DNA of 64,000 bases from an uncultured Acidobacteriota bacterium (GCA_963815285.1 CAWFGB010000008.1:647161-711160); one strand, 5' to 3'; positions 29,551 through 40,351 are shown, counted from the first letter of the stretch. The notes: generated from the letters alone by a model not told the origin. Translations and numbers: made by a program.

Positions 29551-31002
29551 CTACTGCTTCTGGAAATCCGGTGCGCCGAGTGCGAGGGCGTCGATGTGCG
29601 GGCTGGAAGCGAGTTCGATGCCGCGAAATTGCCCGCGGGTCAGCGCCACCGCGAAGTTGATGCGTGTGACCAGCGCGCCTGACGACACCCACGCGTCGGC
29701 GGTGTCGTCGTATCCCGTTGGCGGCTGGCACATATAGAGGGGCATACCCATCTCTCCCAGCGTGCGACTAATCGCTTGACCGGTCCTCACGTCAGCACCG
29801 GTCGCGCGCAATGCGCTGGCGACGAACTCGAACGGTGTTTTGACCTTGGCCAGGCGGACGCCTGGAGCGAAGAACTCCGGAGACGCGATGATGGTGCGCA
29901 CGACCTCACGGAGGTTGCCGTCCGATTGCTGGAATGTCTTGGCGGCGCGCTCGACGAGCGACTGGGGCGGCGCGTCACTGACGAAGCGCTGGGCGAGCTT
30001 GAAGGCGATGTTCCTCGCCGTGGAAGGATGACGCGCCAGGAGGTCGAGGACGCGTTCGCCGTCTTCAATCCCGCCGCCGGCCGGGATCTTCTGCCCGAGC
30101 ACTGTCTTGCTCTCGCGGTCGTGCAAGTTGGGCGCAAAGCGAAAGCCGCCACCATCGACCGGACGCCTGATCGTCCACCCGGTCAGCGCCCGCGCCACCT
30201 GCACGATGTCGTCCTGCGTGTAGCCGCCGTCGACACCGAGGGTGTGCAGCTCGAGCAGTTCCCGCGCATAGTTTTCGTTGAGACCGCGCTGGGGGCGGTT
30301 GTTCTGCGCTCCGTTGACCTGGCGTGCCGGACCAGGATTGGGCGCAACGCTCTGCCAGTTATCCAGATAGAACAACATGGCTGGATGGCTGGCGGTGGCG
30401 CCAAGCATGTCACGGAACCGGCCGAGCACATGCGGACGAATGGCGTCACGCTCGTACTCACCGATGTAGATGCCGGTTTGCCCCTTTCGCGCGAAGACAT
30501 TGAAGTGATTGAACCAGAAATCGACCAGCACCTCCTCGAGCTGTCGCTCGCTGTAAACGGCGCGCAACAGCTTCGCTTCGGCGAGCTCGTTGAAGATCCG
30601 GCGTTGTGCCAGCATCGCGGGATTGACGAGGGCGGTTCCGGATGAGTCGCCCGCCGCCATCGGAGCGTCTCCGGAGGCGGCCCGCTGCTGTGCCTGGCGC
30701 TGTTGCCGCGCTTCGAAGAACATCCGGCCGATAGTCGCCGAGTCGAAGGTGAGCGTCTGGAGACGCGCGAGCCGGCCCTCGAGCGGACCGTTGGCGATGC
30801 GCGCGGGCTCCAGCTGCTGGTCGATCCAGCGAGACAGGCCAATCTTCATCACGCGCGCCACGTCACCATGACGGGGCCCGAACGCCAACCGGTCGAGCGC
30901 GTGGCTGACGGCCGCCTCATCGTTCGGCACGCCAGGCGTCGCACCGTCGAGTGCCACCGCCAGGGCAAAAGTCGCGACGAGCAGGGCTGGTGTAGTTCTC
31001 AT
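29551..31002 (-). CDS. DUF1800 family protein
   Basis: FWFNHFNV, HPAMLFYLDN, NENYARELLELHTLG, PPTGY. Confidence 0.92.
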   Translation of the reverse strand: MRTTPALLVATFALAVALDGATPGVPNDEAAVSHALDRLAFGPRHGDVARVMKIGLSRWIDQQLEPARIANGPLEGRLARLQTLTFDSATIGRMFFEARQQRQAQQRAASGDAPMAAGDSSGTALVNPAMLAQRRIFNELAEAKLLRAVYSERQLEEVLVDFWFNHFNVFARKGQTGIYIGEYERDAIRPHVLGRFRDMLGATASHPAMLFYLDNWQSVAPNPGPARQVNGAQNNRPQRGLNENYARELLELHTLGVDGGYTQDDIVQVARALTGWTIRRPVDGGGFRFAPNLHDRESKTVLGQKIPAGGGIEDGERVLDLLARHPSTARNIAFKLAQRFVSDAPPQSLVERAAKTFQQSDGNLREVVRTIIASPEFFAPGVRLAKVKTPFEFVASALRATGADVRTGQAISRTLGEMGMPLYMCQPPTGYDDTADAWVSSGALVTRINFAVALTRGQFRGIELASSPHIDALALGAPDFQKQ

Positions 31003-31126
31003 GAGACTCCCTGGTTGTGAACGATTGTTCTGCATCCCATGTTTGTCTTGACCGTTTCGACCCGCCGCGTAAGGCTCTAGGCCGTGCCACCTGATTCGAC
31101 CTGCCCGGGCCTCCCGAGGTTTAATC

Positions 31127-32092
31127 GTGACTGATCTCGTGCCCGCCACGGGCGATTACCTCGAGCAGATCCTCCGGGACACATACCCGCTGTGGACCGA
31201 CGGGCTCGCTCCCGACCAATATGCCCGCTTCTGGGAGGCGCAACTGCGAACGTCGTGGGGAAGTGCCCACCTCGATCGCGTCGCGCTCGTCGAAAGCGGC
31301 CGGGTCGTCTGCAGCGCCAAGCGCTATGCCCTGGGCGCTCGGATCGAAGGGCGTATCCGTCGCGTGGTCGGGATCGGGGCCGTGTTCACGGCGCCGGAGA
31401 AACGTGGTTTCGGTCTGGCACAGCGGCTGCTCGACACGCTGCTCGAGACGGCCGAGGCCGAAGGATTCGAGTACGCAATGCTCTTCTCTGAGATCGATCC
31501 GTCGTTCTATCAACGGCTCGATTTCGTGCCAGTTCCTCTACTCGAGTCGCGCCTGGAAGTGCAGCTCAAAGGCGGATCGCCGGCAGTGCTCGTGCGCGCG
31601 GGCGAAGATCGCGACATTCCGTCGGTGGCCGAAATGAGCGCGCGGCGTGCGGAGGGCGCGCGGCTTGCCCTCGATCGCAGCGAAGATTGGATCCGCTATG
31701 GGCTCGCCAAACGGCGGCTGCTCGCCGGCCTTGGCCCGGCCGGCCTTCGCGAGATCGAGTTTCTCGTAACCGAGGAAGGCCATCAAGCGGTGGCTTACCT
31801 CGTGTCCATGGTTTACGGAGGTCGCTGGTATATCGAGGACGCCGGAGACCGCGATCCGTCGGGCGCGCGCCTCGGTGCGATGCTGCAAGCGATGATCGCG
31901 CGTACCCCACACCTCCCGGCTCCCGAGATTCGTGCCTGGCTGCCGCCTGACTTCACGCCGCCACAAGTCACGCGCGTGGAGACGAAACCGACTGCTGGCG
32001 TGATGATGATCCGGCCGCTCAAGGATCGCTCGCTGCCCCTGCCACCGCTCGATGCCAGCCAGGTGTCTTACTGTCGGCTCGATTACTTCTAA
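31127..32092 (+). CDS. GNAT family N-acetyltransferase
   Basis: GIGAVFTAPEKRGFGLAQRLL acetyl-CoA motif; FYQRLDF. Confidence 0.85.
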   Translation: MTDLVPATGDYLEQILRDTYPLWTDGLAPDQYARFWEAQLRTSWGSAHLDRVALVESGRVVCSAKRYALGARIEGRIRRVVGIGAVFTAPEKRGFGLAQRLLDTLLETAEAEGFEYAMLFSEIDPSFYQRLDFVPVPLLESRLEVQLKGGSPAVLVRAGEDRDIPSVAEMSARRAEGARLALDRSEDWIRYGLAKRRLLAGLGPAGLREIEFLVTEEGHQAVAYLVSMVYGGRWYIEDAGDRDPSGARLGAMLQAMIARTPHLPAPEIRAWLPPDFTPPQVTRVETKPTAGVMMIRPLKDRSLPLPPLDASQVSYCRLDYF

Positions 32093-32096
32093 AACC

Positions 32097-32150
32097 CAGG
32101 CCTCAGGTCTCAGGCCTCAGGTCCCGAGCCCCAGGCACCCAGGGTCAGGC
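32097..32150. repeat. Degenerate 7-bp CAGG(C/T)CY repeat, same family as 2929-3044
   Basis: ccaggcc tcaggtc tcaggcc tcaggtc ccgagcc ccaggca. Confidence 0.75.
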
Positions 32151-32211
32151 GCCGCGCGTTCGAACCACGGGTTTTGAATTGGCCTGCTTGACGGTTGGGA
32201 ACTTGGCGTTT

Positions 32212-33963
32212 CTACTGCGCGAACCGCAAGTCCAGCGCGCGCGTCTCGCCTTCCCCCAGCGAGAACCTCGCCGCGTGCGCGCGAAGCGTCGCGAGAAACT
32301 CGGGATCGCCGGCCTGCCCTTCTTCGAGACCCTGCACCGCGATGGCGAGGTAATCGTCTGACGGGGGCAGCCCACTGATCTGGTAGCGGCCATCCTGATC
32401 CGGGCGCGCGGCGCGAATGAAGCGGGACTGGTACACCCACCTCTCTTCGTCCGCGGGAAAGATGACGACGGTAACGTCGGTGACCGGACGGCTCCGTGCG
32501 TCGGTGACGCGGCCGCTCAAGTCGGTGGCTCGCTCGGTGAGGACGATCTGCATGCCCGCCACCGCCTGGCCCGGCGGTAAGTCGAGCGGGAAGTCAGTGA
32601 CGTCCTGTCCGTTGAGCAACACCGACTTCAAAGTCCAGCCCTGTGGTGCGTTGACGCGGATTACACGCGGGTCGAACACGCCATTGAGTTCGAAGGTGAA
32701 GTCGTCGTTGACTCGGCCAACTCCGCCCCCCGGTGACGAGGGATCCAGGTTGACCGGCCGGGCCATCACGGTGATCTGTTGGGCACGAAGAGAGGGCGCG
32801 ACGCCAGTGTCCGTGACGATCTGGCCGGAAACGCGTGCCCCGGGCCCAGTCAAGATGACAACGCCATTGAGATCCTCGGCGCCCACCGTGATTTCCTGCC
32901 GGCCGAACTCCGCGATTGCGGCATTGGCGCCGCGTGCGGCCGGCCCGCCGCGTCCGATCTGCGCCCGCACTTGCGCGACATAACGGCCCGGCGGCACATT
33001 GATCACGCGGAACTGTCCGGATCCATCGATGCGACCGGTGAGCGTTGCGTTGAGCGCCGGCGCATTCACGCGCGTCGATGCCGGCGTCAGCATCACCGCG
33101 CCAGTTTGCATCGGCGTCCCGTGGGAGTTGAGCACCGCGCCGGTGACGCGGACCAGGCGCGTCGCGATGAGCGAGAAGATGACGCTCGTCTGCTCCTGCC
33201 CCAGTGCCACGGTCACGCGCTGTGCGTCGGCCACGCTCGACGTGCCCGGATAGTAGGTCGGCGCGTAGCCAGTATTTTCTCCCGACGGATCGGTGGCTTC
33301 GCCGCCGCCACTCCTGAACGACGCGCTGAGGATGTAGTCACCGGGCGACAGGCCGAAGAGCCGGAATTGTCCTTGATCGTCGGTGGTATCACGCGAGTTC
33401 TGGCCGCCGGCCGGCAACAGGCGCCTCGCCCCTCCGGCGTAGCCATAACGGAGCGTCGTCACGATGGCGTTTGCGACCGGCTCGCCGAACTCGTCGGTGA
33501 TGCGGCCGCTGATGACGCTGCCGCGCGGCAACGCGATGACGACCTTCTCGAGGATCTGGCCCTCGCCAATCTCGAGCGGCGTGCCCGATTCAGACGGCCG
33601 GCGTTGGCCGTACTGGACCGACACAAAGCCGCCCTTCAGTGCACTGAGGGTATAGCGGCCGGCCGGCAGATCACGAAGCTCGAAGCGGCCCTGGGCGTCG
33701 GTCGTGGCCAGGCGGCCTTGCGCCCCCTGACCGGCAATGCGCACCTGGGCTCGACGGATTGGGCTGCCGTTGTCAGCCGCGACCACCGTGCCGCGAATCA
33801 CAGATGTCCCGCGCAGTGCTTCGCCGGCGACGGTGTCGCGCGGCGGCAGCTGGCGCTGACCGAGTCCGCCTCCAGCGCCTTGACGAGCCCCGCCCGGCGG
33901 CTGTGCGGCAGCATTTGCCGGAAGCGTCATCAAGAGGCCGAGGATCAGCAGCGTCGTTCGCAC
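32212..33963 (-). CDS. Exported multi-carboxypeptidase-regulatory-like-domain protein
   Basis: Repeated G.V.D / TD..GRF..LP.GRY modules; YAPTYYPGT. Confidence 0.85.
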   Translation of the reverse strand: MRTTLLILGLLMTLPANAAAQPPGGARQGAGGGLGQRQLPPRDTVAGEALRGTSVIRGTVVAADNGSPIRRAQVRIAGQGAQGRLATTDAQGRFELRDLPAGRYTLSALKGGFVSVQYGQRRPSESGTPLEIGEGQILEKVVIALPRGSVISGRITDEFGEPVANAIVTTLRYGYAGGARRLLPAGGQNSRDTTDDQGQFRLFGLSPGDYILSASFRSGGGEATDPSGENTGYAPTYYPGTSSVADAQRVTVALGQEQTSVIFSLIATRLVRVTGAVLNSHGTPMQTGAVMLTPASTRVNAPALNATLTGRIDGSGQFRVINVPPGRYVAQVRAQIGRGGPAARGANAAIAEFGRQEITVGAEDLNGVVILTGPGARVSGQIVTDTGVAPSLRAQQITVMARPVNLDPSSPGGGVGRVNDDFTFELNGVFDPRVIRVNAPQGWTLKSVLLNGQDVTDFPLDLPPGQAVAGMQIVLTERATDLSGRVTDARSRPVTDVTVVIFPADEERWVYQSRFIRAARPDQDGRYQISGLPPSDDYLAIAVQGLEEGQAGDPEFLATLRAHAARFSLGEGETRALDLRFAQ

Positions 33964-34024
33964 GGTGGCTCCGCACTCGGACTACGCCTTCCGACCGCGA
34001 ACCGTTTAGTCGGCTGAGACGTGG

Positions 34025-35761
34025 TCATGGCTGTGCGATCTTCAAGTCCTGCACGCGCGTCTCGTTCTCACCCAAGGACACGCGCTGCGCCTGCGGACGG
34101 ATGATCTCGAGAAACTCCGGGTCCTGGGCCTGCCCGGGCTCCAGGTCCTTTACGGCAACGACGAAATAGTCATGCGGCGGCATGCCGCGCAGCGTGTAGC
34201 GGCCATCCTGGTTCGGCCGCGCCGTGCGCACGTAGCGCGAGCTGTATCCCCAGCGGGCGGCATCCTCGGAGAACACGACAACGGTCGCGTCGGTTTCCTT
34301 CACGCCGCGCTCGCCGCTGATCTGACCGGAGAGCTCCGTGCGCTTGCGCGACAGGACGATCTCAAAACCCTCGACCGTTTGTCCCGGCACGAAGTTGATG
34401 GGGGTATCGACGACCTCGACGCCATTGTGAAGGACCGTCTTGACACTCCAGTCGGGCGCTTCGCTGATGCCGCCACCGAGCAGGCGGGCTTCGGAAAGAC
34501 CGCTCATCTCGAAGGTCCAGTCCGGGTGAACCTTGTTCTCGCCGGGCTGCATCATCATCGCCTCGGGTTCGGCCGGGCGGGCGAAGAGCGACACCTGCTC
34601 GGGACGCATGGGCGGCGGGGTGCCTTCGTCGGTGGTGACGATACCCCGCGCGATCGCCCCGCGGGACGTCACTAGCAACACGTTGTCGAGATTGTCATTG
34701 CCCACCGTGAGGCGCATGGTGGCGAACTCCGCGTCGGGCGCCGGCATACCGCGCGGTCTCAGCGAGAGGTTGTACGTCCCGGGCGCCACGCCGAGCAACT
34801 GGAAGGACCCGTCAGCGCGAGTCATGGCGTTGCTCATCCCCATCGGCATGCCGACCGACATCGGATCGGCGGGCATCATCATGATCATTCCCTGCACGAC
34901 CGGAGTGTTGGCTGATGTGACGGCGCGGCCGCTGACGGTCGACAACCGGCTGGCGATGAGCGCCAGTGAGATGTTGCTGGTCTCTTGTGCTGCGCGAACC
35001 GATATGCGCGTCGCTTCGGCAGGATTGGGCGTGCCCGGGTAGTAGGTCGGGGCGTAACCCTCTACCGGACTCGAGGCCACGCTGTTTGGCCCCATCATCA
35101 TTTGCTGCGGCGCGCGCACTGCGGCGGACAGGAAGTAGTCTCCCGGCGCAAGTCCATAGACACGGAACATGCCGCGGTCGTCCGTCGTTCCGCCACCTGA
35201 AGGTGCCAGGCGCCGGGCACCGTTCACGTACCGGAAACGCAGCACGCTTACTTGTGCGCCCGCGACGGGATCGCCAAACTCGTCCAGCACGGCGCCCGTG
35301 ACTACGCCGCCTCGCGGTAGCGAGAACGCGATCTTTTCGACGAGGGTTCCGTCGGTGATCTCGAGCACGGTGCCTTGCTGCTCCGGACGGCGCTGGCCGT
35401 AGGACATGCTGACATACCCAGCCTTGGAGACCATGAGCGTGTAGCGCCCGCCGAGCAGCTCCTTGATTTCGAATCGGCCGTCCGCGTCGGTCTGGGTCAT
35501 GCCCCCGCCCCGGCCGTCCTGCGAGGTCACACGCACCAGGGCGCGCCGAATGGGGTTGCCCGTGTCCGCGGCCGTGACATAGCCGCGCAGGACCGATGTG
35601 CCCTTCTGGGGATCTTCGCCTGGGCGCGTCGCTCGCGGTGGCATCGGCGGCGGAGGCTGGCCGGGCGCGCCAGGCGGCAGCCCTGGTCTCGGCTGCTGCG
35701 CCGTCAACATCGTGAGCGCTGCGCCGACAAACGTCGCCGTGACCGCGAAACGACGAAACAT
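34025..35761 (-). CDS. Exported multi-carboxypeptidase-regulatory-like-domain protein (paralog of 32212-33963)
   Basis: Collinear motifs YGQRRP, DEFG.PVA, YAPTYYPGT, ARP.QDGRY, DPEFL. Confidence 0.85.
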   Translation of the reverse strand: MFRRFAVTATFVGAALTMLTAQQPRPGLPPGAPGQPPPPMPPRATRPGEDPQKGTSVLRGYVTAADTGNPIRRALVRVTSQDGRGGGMTQTDADGRFEIKELLGGRYTLMVSKAGYVSMSYGQRRPEQQGTVLEITDGTLVEKIAFSLPRGGVVTGAVLDEFGDPVAGAQVSVLRFRYVNGARRLAPSGGGTTDDRGMFRVYGLAPGDYFLSAAVRAPQQMMMGPNSVASSPVEGYAPTYYPGTPNPAEATRISVRAAQETSNISLALIASRLSTVSGRAVTSANTPVVQGMIMMMPADPMSVGMPMGMSNAMTRADGSFQLLGVAPGTYNLSLRPRGMPAPDAEFATMRLTVGNDNLDNVLLVTSRGAIARGIVTTDEGTPPPMRPEQVSLFARPAEPEAMMMQPGENKVHPDWTFEMSGLSEARLLGGGISEAPDWSVKTVLHNGVEVVDTPINFVPGQTVEGFEIVLSRKRTELSGQISGERGVKETDATVVVFSEDAARWGYSSRYVRTARPNQDGRYTLRGMPPHDYFVVAVKDLEPGQAQDPEFLEIIRPQAQRVSLGENETRVQDLKIAQP

Positions 35762-35838
35762 GCTGCCTCCTCGAGCTTCGGCCCTCAGCGCTCGGCGCTG
35801 ACAAATTCAGACGATGTAGGACGGCCGTCGGATGTGTT

Positions 35839-37473
35839 TTACTTCAAGTCGCGGAGAATTTCCCGGGCAGCGTTGGCCCCCGAGCCCCCGGTCAGGCCGG
35901 TCCCGGGGTGCGTGCCCGAACCACAGAGGTACAGATCTCGAACGGGCGTTCGATATTGCCCCCACCCTAGCAACGGCCTCATCGTCAGCAACTGGTCGAG
36001 CGCCAGCTCACCATGGAAGATATGCCCGCCGACGAATCCGTAGTCGCGCTCCAGATCGAGCGGAGTGATGACTTGCCTGGCGACGATGAGCGACTTGAGC
36101 CCGGGGGCGTAGCGGTCGATGTTGTCGATCACCACTTGTCCGAACGCCTCCCGCTCGTCGTCCCAGGTGCTGCCACGCAGCTCGTAGGGCGCGAACTGCA
36201 CGTAGGCGGACAGCACGTGCGCGTCTTTCGGCGCCAGGCTCGAATCCAGCACTGACGGGATGGTGAGCTCGATGTAGGGCTCCGGCGAGTACCGGCCGTA
36301 CTTCGAATGATCGAAGGCGCGCTCCAGGTAATCCACGTCCGGCGCGATGCGGATACGGCTGCTCACCGCGCGGCGGTCGAGGCCGGTGAAGGCTGGCAGG
36401 CCGGACAGCGCGAGGTTGACTTTCGCCACCGTGCCGTACGACCGGTAGTTGCGCATGCGCCACAAGAACTCGGGGCCGAGATCGAGCGAATCGCACAGCG
36501 ACAAAAAGGTGTGCTGGGGATGGGCGCCTGAGATCACAGCGCGCCCCCGAATCTCAGAACCGTCGTGCAGCACGACCCCGCATGCGCGATCATCCTCGAC
36601 GATGATGCGCGCAACCAGCGCGTTGGTGCGCACCTCGCCCCCCGCGGCGCGGACCGCGCGCTCGAGTGCCGTGGCAACGGCCCCCGGCCCGCCGCGTGCG
36701 AACCACGAAGCGCCGGGGGCCAGGGCTTCGTTGGCCGCGGCCAGCAGCAACACCATGCCGCTGCCGGCAGACCATGGGCCGAAGCGCGTTCCGAAAATGC
36801 CGTCCGCTGCCACGGCCGCGCGCAGACGCTCGTGTTCGAAGTTCTCCGCGACGAGGTCAGCAACCGCCATGGGGCCCCAGCGCAGCAGGCGGTAGGCGTC
36901 GGCCTTGCCGAGCGAGCGAAAGGCGCGCAGGGTGCGCAGCAGCGCCCAGAGGTCGCGGCCGCTCGGATCGTCGACCGGCGCCGGCGTCGCCGTGTAGAGC
37001 GTGCCGATGACGCGCCCGAGTGCGGCGAGGGTTGATACGAAGCGCGGCCACTGCTCGGCATCCTTCGGCGAGAACTCATGCAGATCTCTTGCAGTGCGCT
37101 TGGGATCTTCCGAGATGACGAGCGGCGGACCATCCGGCCCGAGCGCGGTGACGCTGACGTCGCTGGCGAGGAACTCGAGCCCGTGGCTGCGCAGGTTGAG
37201 ATCGTGAATGACGTCGCTTCGCAGAGGGCCCGTCACGTGCGACAGCATCGGAGCCTTGAACTCGGGTGCGATCACCTCGGTTCGAGCACCGCCGCCGACC
37301 GTCGCCTGCGCCTCGAGCACCAGCGGCTTGAGCCCACCCTTGGCCAGGTACGCTGCGCACGCGAGGCCATTGACGCCTCCGCCGATGATGATGACTTGGC
37401 TCGGGCCCTGCGGTGACCGAGCGTCAGCGTGCGGGGCCTGCCTCGGGCGCGCGTCAGTGGCTCGAGCGGTCAT
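35839..37473 (-). CDS. Phytoene-dehydrogenase-like FAD oxidoreductase (COG1233)
   Basis: IGGGVNGL, TPLDLE, GHIFHGEL, LYLCGSGTHPG. Confidence 0.88.
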   Translation of the reverse strand: MTARATDARPRQAPHADARSPQGPSQVIIIGGGVNGLACAAYLAKGGLKPLVLEAQATVGGGARTEVIAPEFKAPMLSHVTGPLRSDVIHDLNLRSHGLEFLASDVSVTALGPDGPPLVISEDPKRTARDLHEFSPKDAEQWPRFVSTLAALGRVIGTLYTATPAPVDDPSGRDLWALLRTLRAFRSLGKADAYRLLRWGPMAVADLVAENFEHERLRAAVAADGIFGTRFGPWSAGSGMVLLLAAANEALAPGASWFARGGPGAVATALERAVRAAGGEVRTNALVARIIVEDDRACGVVLHDGSEIRGRAVISGAHPQHTFLSLCDSLDLGPEFLWRMRNYRSYGTVAKVNLALSGLPAFTGLDRRAVSSRIRIAPDVDYLERAFDHSKYGRYSPEPYIELTIPSVLDSSLAPKDAHVLSAYVQFAPYELRGSTWDDEREAFGQVVIDNIDRYAPGLKSLIVARQVITPLDLERDYGFVGGHIFHGELALDQLLTMRPLLGWGQYRTPVRDLYLCGSGTHPGTGLTGGSGANAAREILRDLK

Positions 37474-39047
37474 GAGCGGACCTCTTTGAGAATCCGCTCG
37501 GCGGCGTTCTTACCGGGCGCGCCCATGATGCCGCCGCCGGGGTGCGTCGCCGAGCCGCACATGTACAGCCGATCCACCGGCGTGACGTACTGCGCCCAAC
37601 CCGGCACCGGGCGCAGAAAGAACAGTTGTTCGAGCGTGAGCTCGCCTTGAAAGATGTTGCCTTCGGTCAACCCGAAGGTACGCTCGATATCGAGCGGCGT
37701 GAGCACCTGGCGGTGGAGAATGATGTTCTTGATGTTCGGCGCGTGCTCGGCGATGGCGTTGATCACGGCATCGCCGAAGGCCTCGCGCTGGTTATCCCAG
37801 GACCCTTCGCGCAGGTGATACGGCGCGTACTGCACGAAACACGACATGACATGTTTGCCGGGCGGCGCTACGCTCGAGTCCGTGAGCGATGGAATCACGA
37901 TGTCCATGTACGGACGACGCGAGAACCGCCCGTACTTGGCATCATCGTAGGCCTGCTCCATGTAATCGACGGACGGCGAGATCGAGATCGCGCCCCGCAG
38001 ATGGTGGCCGCGTCCCGGCATCGACGTGAACTCGGGCAGCGCGTCGAGCGCGAGGTTCACCTTGCCGGACGAGCCGCGATACTTGTAGCGGCGCACGCCC
38101 TTGACGAAATCGTCGGGCAGCTCGCCCGGGTCCATGAATGTCAGGAACGTCAGGTTGGGATCGACGCTCGAGACGACCACCTCGGCGGTGATCTCGTCGC
38201 CGTTTTCGAGGACCACACCGGTTGCGCGCTGGCCTTTGCGCCGAATCTGTGCGACCGGCGCCTCGGTGCGGATCTCCGCGCCGAACTCGCGTGCTGCCGC
38301 GCCGATCGCGAGTGAGACCGCGCCGGTGCCGCCGCGCGAGAGCCCCCACGATCGAAACGAGCCGTCGATCTCGCCCATGTAGTGATGCAGGAGCACGTAG
38401 GCAGTACCTGGAGACCGCACGCCGAGAAACGTCCCGATGATGCCCGACGCCGACATCGTCGCCTTGAGCACGTCGGTCTCGAACCACTGGTCCAGGAAGT
38501 CGACGGCGCTCATCGTCAACAGCTGAATCTGATTGATGCGATCGTGGTGGCGCATCGCGCGAAAGCGCTTGCCGATGGAGAGCAGCTCGAGCAACCCGCG
38601 CGGATCGAGGGACGTCGGGTCCGGCGGCGTCATCGACAGGATGGGCTTTGCGAAGCGTCCCATCTCGATCATCGCCTTGCCGTACTCGTCGTAAGCCTCG
38701 GCGTCGAGCCTTGAATGCCGCGCGATCTCCCGGCGCGTCTTGTAGTGGTCGTTGACGCGCCACAGATAATCGCCGTTGGGCATCGGCGTGAACGTGCCGT
38801 CGAGCGGGAGCAGTTCCATCCCGTGGCGCGGCAGATCGAGATCTCGAATGATCTCCGGGCGAAGCAGCGACACCACGTACGACGCGACGGAGAACTTGAA
38901 GCCGGGAAACACCTCTTCGGTGACCGCGGCGCCGCCGAGCACGTGCCGTCGTTCGAGGACGATCACTTTGCGGCCGGCGCGCGCCAGATACGCGGCGCAG
39001 GTCAGACCGTTGTGGCCGCCGCCAATCACCACTGCGTCGTACTTCAT
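37470..39047 (-). CDS. Phytoene-dehydrogenase-like FAD oxidoreductase (COG1233)
   Basis: IGGGHNGL, GGAAVTEE, SPGTAYVLLHH, GNIFQGEL, ATHPGGGIMG; stop overlaps the partner's ATG. Confidence 0.9.
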   Translation of the reverse strand: MKYDAVVIGGGHNGLTCAAYLARAGRKVIVLERRHVLGGAAVTEEVFPGFKFSVASYVVSLLRPEIIRDLDLPRHGMELLPLDGTFTPMPNGDYLWRVNDHYKTRREIARHSRLDAEAYDEYGKAMIEMGRFAKPILSMTPPDPTSLDPRGLLELLSIGKRFRAMRHHDRINQIQLLTMSAVDFLDQWFETDVLKATMSASGIIGTFLGVRSPGTAYVLLHHYMGEIDGSFRSWGLSRGGTGAVSLAIGAAAREFGAEIRTEAPVAQIRRKGQRATGVVLENGDEITAEVVVSSVDPNLTFLTFMDPGELPDDFVKGVRRYKYRGSSGKVNLALDALPEFTSMPGRGHHLRGAISISPSVDYMEQAYDDAKYGRFSRRPYMDIVIPSLTDSSVAPPGKHVMSCFVQYAPYHLREGSWDNQREAFGDAVINAIAEHAPNIKNIILHRQVLTPLDIERTFGLTEGNIFQGELTLEQLFFLRPVPGWAQYVTPVDRLYMCGSATHPGGGIMGAPGKNAAERILKEVRS

Positions 39048-39151
39048 CGCCCCGGCATTGTACTGAACTAGGCCGTCCGCGGCTGGCTCGCGGCCAGCAC
39101 CGAATGCAGCAAGCGCGAGCGCCGAAAGCCCAGAGCGGTACAATACCCACC

Positions 39152-40351
39152 GTGCCGGTCGCCTCTGCCTTTCACCAGCGTACACATCAGCTTTGCGAGA
39201 GTCTCAATTACCGCGACTGGGCCGGCTACTACGCGGTCAGCGTCTACGAAACCCATCACGAGCACGAATACAACGCTATCCGCAACGCCTGCGCGGTGAT
39301 CGATGTGTCGCCGCTCTTCAAGTACCGCCTCTCCGGACGCGACGCCGTGCGTCTGGTTGACCGCGTCATCACGCGTGATGCCAAGAAGCTTGCGGTTGGG
39401 CAGGTGTACTACACGCCATGGTGCGACGAGGAAGGAAAGGTGATTGACGACGGCACTGTCACGCGGCTGTCCGAGCAGGTGTACCGGTGGACGGCGGCGG
39501 ACCCGAGTTTGCGCTGGCTGACCGAAAACGCCCGCGGCCTCGACGTCAAGGTTGAGGACATCACCGAACAGGTGGCAGCGCTGGCATTACAGGGGCCGAC
39601 GGCCGCCCAGCTCCTGCAAGTCGTCAGCACGGCTCCAATCCCTACGCTCAAGTACTTTCGCGCCACGTCAGGTTCCATTGCAGGAGTGCCGGTTGACATC
39701 ACGCGAACTGGTTACACTGGCGATCTCGGCTACGAAGTGTGGATGCCGTGGGACGCGGCCGTCAGGGTGTGGGATGCGATCGTCGAAGTGGGTGCCGCCT
39801 TCGACCTGCACGCGGCCGGCATGCTCGCGCTCGACATTGCCCGCATCGAGGCGGGCTTGCTCCTCATTGACGTGGACTTTCACAGCAGTCGCCGGGCGAT
39901 GATCGACTCGCAGAAGTACTCTCCTTTCGAGCTCGGGCTCGGGCGCCTCGTGGAGCTCGATAAGGGGCCCTTCATCGGCCGCTCGGCCCTGTCTGCCGAG
40001 CACCGGCGGGGCTCGAAGCGTCAAGTTGTGGGCCTCGAAGTGGACTGGACGGAAGTCGAGCGGCTGTACGACGCCGTCGGCCTGCCTCCCACGGCGCCGT
40101 CTACCGCGTCACGAGTGGCAGTGCCGGTCTACAAAGATGGCAAGCAGGTCGGACGCGCGACGTCTACGACCTGGTCCACGATGCTGAAGAAGATGATCGC
40201 GCTGGCCACGATCGAGGCTCCATATTTTGCTCTGGGTACGCGGCTGAAACTCGAGGTCACAGTTGAGGCGGTGCGCCACGCGGCGACGGCGACGGTGGTC
40301 AAGACGCCGTTCTTCAACCCGCGGCGCAAGATCGTGACGCCGCCGCTATAA
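39152..40351 (+). CDS. GcvT-family aminomethyltransferase/demethylase
   Basis: DVSPLFKY, GKVIDDG, LQGP, TRTGYTGDLGYE, RIEAG. Confidence 0.88.
   Translation: MPVASAFHQRTHQLCESLNYRDWAGYYAVSVYETHHEHEYNAIRNACAVIDVSPLFKYRLSGRDAVRLVDRVITRDAKKLAVGQVYYTPWCDEEGKVIDDGTVTRLSEQVYRWTAADPSLRWLTENARGLDVKVEDITEQVAALALQGPTAAQLLQVVSTAPIPTLKYFRATSGSIAGVPVDITRTGYTGDLGYEVWMPWDAAVRVWDAIVEVGAAFDLHAAGMLALDIARIEAGLLLIDVDFHSSRRAMIDSQKYSPFELGLGRLVELDKGPFIGRSALSAEHRRGSKRQVVGLEVDWTEVERLYDAVGLPPTAPSTASRVAVPVYKDGKQVGRATSTTWSTMLKKMIALATIEAPYFALGTRLKLEVTVEAVRHAATATVVKTPFFNPRRKIVTPPL

Noticed and set aside
35839-39047. Carotenoid biosynthesis (crtI)
   Set aside because: No crtB/crtE/crtY nearby; motifs and GcvT linkage fit the non-carotenoid COG1233 group.
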